A DNA stretch of 64,000 nucleotides, from NCBI GenBank assembly GCA_026914245.1, contig CP110439.1, forward strand, positions 8,432,001 through 8,496,000. Direction: 5' to 3'. Positions 38,691 to 48,670 of this stretch are shown here, piece after piece. Made by a program: the position numbers and the translations under genes. The first letter of the stretch is position 1, and each line of letters opens with the position of its first letter. The DNA is from Puccinia triticina (lineage: Eukaryota). The notes beneath the pieces were generated by a model. It did no database searches and had not been told where the DNA came from. It saw only the letters and a list, made by a program, of their open reading frames with translations.

Positions 38691-40325
38691 CTACTTTTGA
38701 AGGTGAGAAGACCTCAAGCCACCACCATTTTGTGTCAGCTTCATCTTGATACGTTTAATATTATTGTGGTAGGATGCTATATTTCTGCTTTCTTGAGACA
38801 ATTCTTTACCATAGTGCATAGCATCCTGATAGGTTTTCAATAGGAGAGTCTTTGGTTTGGCCCATTTTTTGAATGCCTTGTTCTTCTTCAATATAGAATG
38901 ATGAGTCAAAGGCACAAAGGTTGCCTGTAAAATCTGTGCAGCATCATTTTCAAGTCTGGAAATCTCGGGCAAAATATTGTAGCTTGACAATTTTTCCGGA
39001 GTTTCTTCTGATAGAAAGTAGACTTCTCGTCTCATTACAAGTTTGGCAGCTATATTCAAGCACCTCTGAGATTCCTGGAGGGCAATAAGTACACTTGCCA
39101 AGTAAGGAGTTGGTTCCTGAAACGTTTGATATTCTATTATCTTCTGAGGTGATGTTGGAAGGGTAAATCTTTTGGCAATGCACCACAGCTGAAATATAAA
39201 AAAGTACTGTGTCACATCATCCGAATTGTTACCAATGGTAGAGGGCGGACTTTCTAGATAGGCAACAATCACATCCAGTGGCTGGGATGCAGTTTCTGAA
39301 ACTTCATGGAATGCATCGGCCAAAACTCCACTGGGAAGCTTGCTTTTTTGAACGATATCCAAGAAACGGGATTGAAGATTCGTCCCTCCACTTGATTTTG
39401 CTTCTGTACTTTCCACAAATGCATCTATCATAGTCGATACGAATCCCTGTTGAAGCTGGAACCTGTGCTCCTCGCTAAATCCTATAATTCAACCAAAAGA
39501 TCAATGGGGATCATTGCAATGCAACATCTCTTGAAATTAGGGCACTCACCATGGGTTAACGATGGGGTTTCGTCGAAAACATTTGTCTCATCCAAGTCAC
39601 CCAAGTGATTGGAGTCAAATAGGGCTTGGGGTAAGTATCTTTGGGCAACTTTTCGAAAACAATCTTTATCGGATGAGACAACCTGTTGCGCGAGCTGACG
39701 GCCTATGTAATGAGCTACAGTACACACATTCAAATGAACGTTAGTTTTGTGGAATGATAGGTATTCAGATAACCTTCAAAAAAGGAGCCCTTGCTTTAGA
39801 AACCAGTGTATGATCACATATTTACGAAAGGGCTATCAAGCGCTCAGGTGCACCAATTCTCAAAACAGAATAGAAGAGCGATACGCTGGAACATCGACCT
39901 ATATACGACAGTGAGCCCAAGTCACATAGCACCTCAAGTGTACCATTTTAACTCTTATATAGAATATAAGCAGAAACACCAAAAGGTCAGAAGTAACTGG
40001 TCCGATTGGTTGGTTCTGATCGACCTATTCTGGAGTAACGGTGCAGAACGGGAGGGAGCACGTGTGCAATCAATTGCTGCCAGCAGTGAAACAGTGCATA
40101 CGCTTCACACAAGAAGCGAGAGGAAGGGAAAGGAATAATATTAAGAAACCAGCTCCACCAACCCGACCGATAGGAAATATTGACATCTTCGCTCAATGCC
40201 CATAATGACTGATCGATGTGGCCCTCGCGACTCATCTTCGGCAGGGCAGTTATGCCGTCGATCGCGAGCGCGGTTCTTGCGAGCAGAGCTATTTGGAGGA
40301 TCTTTATGCAGCATTTCAGGTTCAT
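38691..40325 (-). CDS. Putative secreted, lineage-specific helical protein, multi-exon
   Basis: N-terminus MNLKCCIKILQIALLARTALA resembles a signal peptide. Collinear minus-strand ORFs at 39482-39733 and 38691-39431. Exon boundaries are not resolved. Confidence 0.55.
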
Positions 40326-40965
40326 CTTGACGTTTGCTAATCCGAAAGAAAGAGTCTCAAGTATTCCGCTTCAAAATTTCGAGGGCTTTTTCAAGCCACA
40401 CTGGGAAAGGTGCAAGTACGCTCTGGTGCGGGGGAAGCTGGACGCTAAGATAGGATAGGGGCGAGCACACTCAGTAGTGCGGGGGAAGCTGGGAAAGATC
40501 CATGCTACTTTATAGCTGTTGGGTGCAGAATATTCAGTATAACTTGGGGAAGATGTATCGACGGACACCAGGTTACGGATTAACTTTTGGCCGGCGAGGC
40601 TCTCGAAAATCTAGACTAATCGGTGTTAGTTCGGGGTACATAGAGTACAAGATTGCAAACATCTTCGGAAGGCCCCTGCGCGACGGCCTCCAAGCTCCGG
40701 CTCCACTTTTGGAGGGATATATGAAAAGCTTGATCAATCGACCCTCAAAAGTTTTTCCGAGTCGAGAAAAATGTAAAACCTCCGATCATGGAGGCTACAA
40801 ATGTTTACATTCTCACTCCTCCCGGTCGATGAGGCTGTAGGTTGCGCAATCCCATTGAACGGGAGGGATTCCTTCCGGCGAATGAGGTTATGGGACCCGT
40901 GCACAAACCGCAGCACTTGGGGCCTCATGAGATGTGATTAATACAGAATTGCGCTGCAACAGCAT

Positions 40966-41036
<71 letters not shown>
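40966..41036 (+). tRNA. tRNA-Gly(GCC)
   Basis: Cloverleaf: acceptor GCGTTGT/ACAACGC, anticodon arm GGGCC-TTGCCAT-GGCCT, T arm AGGGG-TTCGACT-CCCCT. The D stem has one mismatch. Confidence 0.85.
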
Positions 41037-41839
41037 GTAGTTCCCCCTTGCGTTTGCTGAGGCTCTGTAGTTTTGGCCCCGTAGCTGGGAGCGTGATGCG
41101 GTGCCTCGGCCGCCATAGCATGTTGTCTCGTATGGTTTGGGTAGTCATTCTTTTTGTTTGATAAGACTGTTCGACACTTCGCGCCGCCTCGGAGAAACTG
41201 AAGTGGGAGAGTGTTCACGTGCCGTGAGCACGGGAGGGACTTCGCTGAGTTCGGAGGCTTCCTCGGTGAGTAAGGGCGTATGTTTTACCGGGGTCCCCGA
41301 CGGATATGTACGTCACAGTCAGTGGGGTCATTGTCTCCTTCCAAAAAGCTTATTGATGAGGTTATTCAACCTCACAATTGAGCGGGGATCTGTTTTACAT
41401 TTCATACAGGGCATATTTTTTCTAATTAACTCTTGTGCACGTCAGAACTATCTTTCGTCCACTCAAGATATGTATAAAATCATGTCAAAAAAAGAAGATA
41501 GCAAACACAATCAGGAAAATGCTGTTCTTTCTTTGTGAAGAAATCATGGCAAAATGGTGATGATAAGGGTTGGAGAATAATGGATGAGTAGAGCTCTTTG
41601 AATGATAGTCCTTTCAACAAAGCGGAAGGGACAAGAGTGGCAGAGGAGAAGAACAATCATTCCAGAAAGGCTTTATCTTATTGGGAGGAGAGCTCGCAGA
41701 AATGGATGTTTTCCATCATGAAGTGAGGAAAAGAGACTAAATAGGCTATCTACATGATCTGTGTCATGTGGTGCAGTCGATGCCTAAGACTATGTCACAA
41801 CATATCTAAGACCCAATAAATGACGCTTGGACCATCACT

Positions 41840-43550
41840 TCATCCGACATGAGGAATGCTAGAACTTTTAGGTGAGCTATACGCGTCAGGAATCGGTGGT
41901 GACTGAGGAGACGTCGTAGCTGAACGATCAGAGTGCGCTCCCTCGCTTGTGACTTGGGGTGTTGAGGGAACTTGCGGTCGATCGGGCGAGATTGGAGGTG
42001 GATGTGAGTCCTCCGGTCCACCAGTCGGATCAGGAATCTTGGGCGATGGGGCTGCGCGCTGAGGGGGAGAAGGGGCGGCATACGAGTCGCTAGAGCCACT
42101 TTTTTCAGGATGGACAGCAGGAGGTGGGGCTCCGGTGTCATTGTTTGCGATTTCTGCGGATTGAACTGTTGAATTGTCAAAAAATGCCCGCGGTCTAAAT
42201 ATATGCACATATCTCCATTGAAAGGTAAAAAAGTGTGAGAGTGGACGGCTTACCATAAGATTCACTTGGTACTGGTTCATCGCTGAATGGCAGTAAATCG
42301 GGATTGGTAATGGCTGGAGGTTCTTCGCTGAGTGGCAGTAAATCGGGTTCGGTAATGGCTAGAGGTTCTGGCTGGACCTCGAGAGGAGCATCTGCAGCCG
42401 AGGGAGTGTTAGGAAGCGCAGGGGCCTTGCGTTTCGGTGGTGCAGCCCGTTTGGGAATCGCAGGCATGACGATTCTCTCCGGAGGTAATGCCGAGAATTC
42501 TTCCGCGGGTAGTTCCTCTGGAACTTGACTCGATTCCTCCGAAAAGTGCTGAGGTGGAGAAGGCTTCGGAGGTGCAGCGGCGGGACCTGGGAAACCAAAT
42601 CCCATTCTGGCACCACCCAGCTTAGCCATTCTCTCGGCAATCCTTCGTCGCCTGGCGATTTCGTCTTCCTCCTCTACTGCCTCTTCGCCAGGATCCATTT
42701 CAGTCGAGGTTGGTACCGCTTCGTTATCGGGATCGGTAATGTTTTCTCCGGCATTGGAAATTTCTTGGGGGGCAGATGGAAGGAGAGGAGCGATGATACT
42801 AGGCTCATCCGTGGGTGCCGATGGAGGCCGTTTCCATTCTCTTTTGGGTTTGGGGGGTGTTGCAGGTTGTTCAGAAGCCAATGTCTGTTGCTGCTGTTGC
42901 TGTTGCAATAATCGAATTCGATCTTTGAGTGACCCACCCGCCTTGACAGATTCCTCGGCGTCGGCTGCCGACATCCCAGCTGGTTCGGTGGAGCGAGCGC
43001 ATTCATCGTCAGCAGGCACTGGAGTGGATGATGGGCTATCTTGGGCCGCCTCGATCGGCGGAGCAGGGGGCGGAATATTCATGGGTTTGCGAGCCACTGG
43101 GGGTTTGGGGCCGGTGTTGGGAGCAGGTGATGAAGCGGCGGGAGCAGGCTTGTTGAACATGGCGATCCGATCCCGCAATGCGTTGGGCTTGGCGGCAGGT
43201 GGTGGGGGTGCCTGGGATTGAGCGGTTGATGGCTGGGAACTTGACGGATCATGAGAAGCAATTGAAGCGAGTTGGTGAGGTTTGCTAGCAGGCGGTGGTG
43301 TTGGAAGATTTACGGAACCATCAGAGTCGGCAGGAGCTGAGCAAAGGGGATCTCCTGGCTGGATTTCGATCAAGAATCCTGCAGGTACTGAGCCTGATCC
43401 GCCATCCCGGTCGGTTACGCTGAGCCAATCGCCTTCGTCATCGGTTTGACCAGTGACTGTGACGAGTTGGTTGCTCCCGAGAACGAACTGGCCATCCTGG
43501 GCTTTGAATCTCATCAAAGCCCGAGCCTGGTAGGGGTAGGTTTTTGACAT
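41840..43550 (-). CDS. SH3-domain, proline-rich actin-patch protein (Bbc1/Mti1-like)
   Basis: N-terminal SH3 (YQARALMRF...DDEGDW...GSVPAGF), then LRDRIAMF, SLKDRIRLLQ and EEDEIARRRRIAERMAKLGG. Intron ~42195-42253. The 3' end is uncertain. Confidence 0.75.
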
Positions 43551-43771
43551 GGTGAGGTTGACTGATGGGTGGGTGGGAGGATGGGTTAGCAGAAAGTTGG
43601 ACTGCAATGATACCAAGTATTACTGACGGTCGACTGGCAATTCTTCCTCTTGTCTCTGTGGTTCGTGTTGGCTTGTTGACCGTGCTCGTCGGCGGAAACG
43701 GTAGTCAAGACTCGAGGGGGTGATCGCTTGCAATGACGTCACCAGGCCAGCCGGAGTATGTAACTTAACAC

Positions 43772-44260
43772 CGAGCTTAGCTAAGCCTCTCCGAGGAGGC
43801 CTCCGAAGGAGAGAAGACCGGGTTTTTTGCATTGTAATTTTGTTGTACATATTTTGATTTCAAGATCCTGTAGCACTTACAACTGAGCATCTCAACAAAG
43901 AATCAATATGAGGGAAGTGGAGCCCTACCTTCTTGCCTAGGATTTCCAAAAAAAACTATCTCAAAAGTGACATTGTTGAGGTTTCTACATGTGTTCTGAG
44001 GGGTCTGAAAGGGGTGTGATAGCGTTATGTCCCGGCAACCAATCTGTAATTCCTGTGACAGATAATTGGCTGCTGGCTTTTTTTAAGATTTCAACAGTTC
44101 AGAGCATGTAGGAAGTCCTGAGGATTCCAATGGTGCCCTTGGCTTCTCAAATTTCAGAGGGGTTGGGGGTCATCTGGGGGGTTTTATGGATTTGGCTGGA
44201 CTGGTACTGCTCATGCAAGAACCTCGACATTGCGTGCGAGCACGGGAGGTATTAAGTTTG
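43772..44260. mobile_element. Academ-like non-autonomous element, apparently inserted in the terminus of a related element
   Basis: Termini cgagcttagctaagcctctc and ...attaagtttg resemble the 7230-7982 ends. Flanks aacttaacac/acctcaacac match at 8 of 10 positions. Confidence 0.5.
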
Positions 44261-44971
44261 ACCTCAACACAAGTCCCTCGCTTCAGAGGGGCGCTTCGCT
44301 CGCGCCTATAAACCTAACCCCTCCTAGGGGGAGCAAAGACATGCGACTGATGCCACACTTCTTGCCTGGGAGGTTGGAGTATTTGTGGCTTTTTATGCCC
44401 TTTGATCCTTTCACCCTTCATAAAGCAAAAAATATTCAACCTCTGCTGAAGTCCTGAAGGGTCAAGCTGATAGCTGACCATCTTGGCTTTGTGTCCATGT
44501 CCTCATAATGAGGATTGGATGCAGGAGCTGGAGTGGCCAAAGCATCTCAACCAGAGCTTGGAGAGCCTGGTTCCTGTGTAATTGAATTGAAAAACCATCC
44601 TGTTTTCTGTGGTCAGTCCAGATTTCAGATGACTAAGAGTTTATTTCTTGTTAGGCTTCCGTACAACTTGTATTTAGAAGAAAGAAAACAATAGTCTTTT
44701 AGCTGAAGGGATTTACCTAAGAGCAGGCAATAGGCTGCTCTTTACTAAGGAGAATAAAGAGAAAAAGAAATAATGGAATCTTGTTTGAGACGCTTGGCTC
44801 TGAGGCCAAGTAAGACACATTGGTTCTTATTCAGTTGTTCTCTTTGAATTCTAAGGCAGATTGTCTCTTACGCTCTTTGAGCTCATGGCCCTTAGGGTCC
44901 GTTTTGTTTGGTGTTGGCGAAATGGTGAAGGAGTTGAGCAACTTTATCTGTTTTAAGATCACACTCCTCAT

Positions 44972-44985
<14 letters not shown>

Positions 44986-45011
<26 letters not shown>

Positions 45012-45013
45012 TT

Positions 45014-45045
<32 letters not shown>

Positions 45046-45056
45046 GCTACAAAGCC
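44986..45056 (-). ncRNA. tRNA-like sequence within the TRIM 3' LTR
   Basis: GGCTTTG-TA-GCTTAGTGGTAAAGC-A-GGCAC-CTAGAGT-TAGCC-CAAC-CCGGG-TTCGAGT-CCTGG-TGGAGCC-A. Intact A and B boxes with a broken anticodon stem. Confidence 0.8.
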
Positions 45057-45181
45057 TGAGTTGCCAGATTCATAATCTAACATCCTCCCGGAATCTGGAT
45101 GCTCTAAGGCTCTCCTAGACCCGCTGGTGTGCTCACTCCTCTGCAGGTACACTTGGCTCTTTGAGCTTGAGACTGTAAATC

Positions 45182-45195
<14 letters not shown>

Positions 45196-45221
<26 letters not shown>

Positions 45222-45223
45222 TT

Positions 45224-45255
<32 letters not shown>

Positions 45256-45266
45256 GCTACAAAGCC
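45196..45266 (-). ncRNA. tRNA-like sequence within the TRIM 5' LTR
   Basis: Identical to 44986-45056. Confidence 0.8.
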
Positions 45267-45703
45267 TGAGTTGCCAGATTCATAATCTAACACTCATGAG
45301 CCTTTTGTTTGCCTAGCCTTGTTTGGATACAGCCACTCATCAATTTTATTCCCTTCTCTTTGAGAGGGATTGGTTTGGTTGATCTTCTCCTGGTTGTCTT
45401 TGTCTGCGGGAGTTTGGATAAGGCGTTAGCTCTTATCTGATCACTTTGGAGTTTGAACATCAGCAACTTACATTTGGTAGATGCTGATATTCTAGCTCTG
45501 AGTGACAGTGGGCCGGGATTCTCCACAAGCCTGAGTTTGCTGGTTGTTGGAGTCAAGTCTGCATACAACAGGGATTGATGTTTCAGTTTTTTCAACCCCG
45601 TGGAACCATTTTTGGACTGCAGAATAGGTTTGCTTTGCTTAACTGTTTCCACAGATAATGCGGATCCACTCAATTTGTGAGGGCGCGGCCTTTCACTTAG
45701 GTC

Positions 45704-46236
45704 TGTAATCTCACAATTATGAAATCATTTGTACATATTATGCCATCATTTGTACATATTATGACATCATTTGTACCTGCTGCCACCAGCTAAAATGCCT
45801 CATACCCCCCTTTCTAGTCTAGCTGAAACCCTAACCCAGGAGCCCCCCTCAGAAGGGAGGCTAAAATATCTCACATTTGTCTATAAAAGAAGCTCCTCCT
45901 CCACCCAGTTCTCTTCTCCTCAGTTTGGTACCCACCAGTTATTTACATACCACCCTCACACTTACCCTTACCACCATAAAAACCTTATTTGCAAATAACC
46001 ACTGAACTCACTCTCAATTCTCACATAACTTACAAACCCTTATATTGGAAATCAAACTGTTGTGTCAATCAAACAAACTCATCTTGAGCCAACCAATCCT
46101 ATCACTTGAATAAAAAACTTGCCAAGCCTAGCTTGGTGGGTCTTGTCGGCTGTTAGCCAGAAGGGCAGAGTTTGCACCTCCATCATGCCCTTCACCATTC
46201 ATCAAAAGGGTTTCATTACCACTTTTGAGTCTTACA
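45704..46236 (+). mobile_element. LTR remnant related to solo LTRs A/B, in the opposite orientation
   Basis: ctataaaagaagctc and terminal cacttttgagtcttaca are reverse-complement matches to A/B. The left boundary is uncertain. Confidence 0.6.
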
Positions 46237-48192
46237 CTGGTACCCGTTTGGCCCTACAGGTACCCGCTGGCGGGTGCCGGTTTCCAGAATTCTGGTGGGG
46301 AGGACGGCGGGTACCTGGGTGGGTACCCAAAATTCAGCCGTTCATTGAAGAGGATACCTCTCAATGACCAACTAACCGGTCATTGACTGGGATACAACCT
46401 CTTGATGACCGGCTGACCGGTCATCAAAGAGGACCGGTCATTAAGAGTGTAGCCTCTTCAACAGACCATAGCACTTCAAATCAAATCAATTCGAGTATTT
46501 GTATTTGTATTTGATTCAATTCAAATAATGGTGGGGTAGATTTTATGTCAAATATTCACATGAAATTGAATAGTCTCTCAGATTTCCATACAGGGCTATT
46601 TGGGCCCCGGAGGAGCTTGCATAGGCCCGCTATGAGTCCAGGGGCCCCTATACAGCACCGGAATATATACTATATAGTATATACATACATAAAATGGAGC
46701 CGAGGCTGCTGATATCACATATCCTGGGCATCAGACCGCTGCCGCCGCGTCCACCACCAACTACATACTGTTGTAGTATGGGGTGTGAAAACTCCATATT
46801 TGGAGCATGTGGGAGTCAAGAGGAGGTCAAGGTGGAGCAATGCATCTTTAAGGGTTTTTTGATCACAACAGATTAAGAGTCAATTTTCTACCGGTTCACT
46901 AGCCCGTTCAACCTTTTTGCTTCATCAACTCATTCGCTCTGGTTTATGGTCAACACCCGCCAAGATAAACCGCAGTTGACAGGACCGCTTCCTCTGGCGA
47001 CACAAGCAAAACGGCCAAAACAGACGAAGGCTTACAAAAACTTATTGAAACTCCCACCCCTACCTCCATCTCCGATCAACAAGAAGCCAGACACGTTAGA
47101 ACCCATTTGGCCTCCATCTCCATTCATCTCGGAAGTTTCATACATATTCTCAAATTTTTTAACTCGGCACATTGAAGAACAATCTTCATCAGTGGCTACC
47201 ATTGTATTGGAAGGCAGAATAGTTGCAAACCCTTTCGGCTTACCCTTTGCAATTAACATTCTGAATCCTGAATATCGACCAAAAGCAAACATACTACAAA
47301 GCACTTCTCCCAATTCCTTGTCAGAAACATTGTCGTCTACCTTAGAATACTTATTGACTCCCCTATCACCTACTCCTCTAATGTCACAGGCCAACCAGAC
47401 CAAAATTTCCCCCAAAAATAAATTTTTGCAACAGCCTAGCATTTAAAAGTCTGAAATCAATCAGCTAGCGGCGGACGGCTTGAATTTCAACAAGTGGAAA
47501 CGCGGTCTCACTCGTGTAATACTCTTAACTCTTGGTCATGCGGCATTTTTTGACAACCAGAAAAACTACGTCAAGATTACGGCGCAGGAGAACACATGTC
47601 TCCTATATCTCATTCAGATCACCGTCCATGACAAACTATCATCTCTTGTTGATAGGTTCACGACTGGCACTGAAGCTTATGAGGCGGTCCAAACAAATTT
47701 TCAAGGGACTATTAGATTCCGTCAAATGGAACTGGTTGACAGGCTCATGGAATTACGTGTCTCAGGTCCTTTGACTGATCCTTCTCAAATCCCGGCTCTA
47801 TTCAATAGGGTTTTCAACATTTTCTCTGGTCTACAAAAAGTCAACGCGGCTATTCCTCCTCTCGTTGAGGGTTTCATTCTCCAATCAATCATCCCTCCTC
47901 CGCCTTCTATGTCCAGATTGCAGTTATTTCAAAACATCTCGCTTCAACTCGGCAAGAAAGATGATATCACGGCGAGAGATATCCAGACGATTATCACTTT
48001 GGCTTATGGCAAGACTGTTCGTTTCGATTCTTCAACTTCAGCCATTCCGTCCGTCTTTCAAGCGTGGCCAAATCAAAGCGGACCCAACTCATGGTCACCT
48101 AACCAAGGTAACCAACAGCCACATATGGATTGATCACAGCGCAACAATCCTGTCCAGCGACCCAATAATCAAAAAAACAATCAGCCTCGGTC

Positions 48193-48670
48193 CAACACTG
48201 GGTCGCTACGCTACGCTACGCTATTTCAGCGCTACGCGTTAGCGTAGCGGCAAAAAGCGCCCATCCATTTTGCATAGCGTTAGCGCGCTGTTAGCGCCGC
48301 TACGCTGCGCTAATTTTCAGCGGCGCTAACAGCGCGCCAATTCTTTGTTAGCGTTAGCGCGCCGCTACAGTCGCTACGCTACGCTGCGCTGCGCTACAGC
48401 GCTTTTAGCGGAAAAAAAAGCCCTTTTTTCCCGCTAAAGGCGCTTCAGCGCAGCGTAGCGCGCGCTCTTTTGCGCCCTGCATGTGTAGCGTTAGCGCAAT
48501 TGCGCGCATTTGCGCTAACGCTACGCTATCAGCTAAAATAGCTGCGCACCGCGTGCGCGTAGCGTTAGCGCATATGCGTGCAATTGCGCTAACGCTACGC
48601 TAAAAAATAGCGCATTTGCGCTGCGCTACGCTACGCTAACCGCTATGGTTAGCGTAGCGACCCAGTGTTG
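48193..48670. mobile_element. MITE with 7-bp TSD and gctac-rich interior
   Basis: TIR caacactgggtcgctacgcta and TSD ctcggtc. Inserted in Copia gag. Confidence 0.92.

Larger units (their letters stand above)
44972..45292 (-). mobile_element. TRIM (miniature LTR retrotransposon) with tRNA-containing LTRs
   Basis: Identical 111-bp TG...CA direct repeats (44972-45082, 45182-45292), 5-bp TSD ctcat, and a 99-bp interior with minus-strand PBS gatttacagtctc and purine tract gggagga abutting the LTRs. Confidence 0.92.

Noticed and set aside
44986..45266. Tandem functional tRNA-Ser(AGA) or suppressor tRNA genes
   Set aside because: The anticodon stem has two mismatches and there is no long variable arm. 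Both copies lie inside LTRs bounded by a TSD.
45287..45673. Lys-rich minus-strand ORF as a host gene (also 37840-38145)
   Set aside because: No domain, biased composition, and it lies in repeat-derived sequence.
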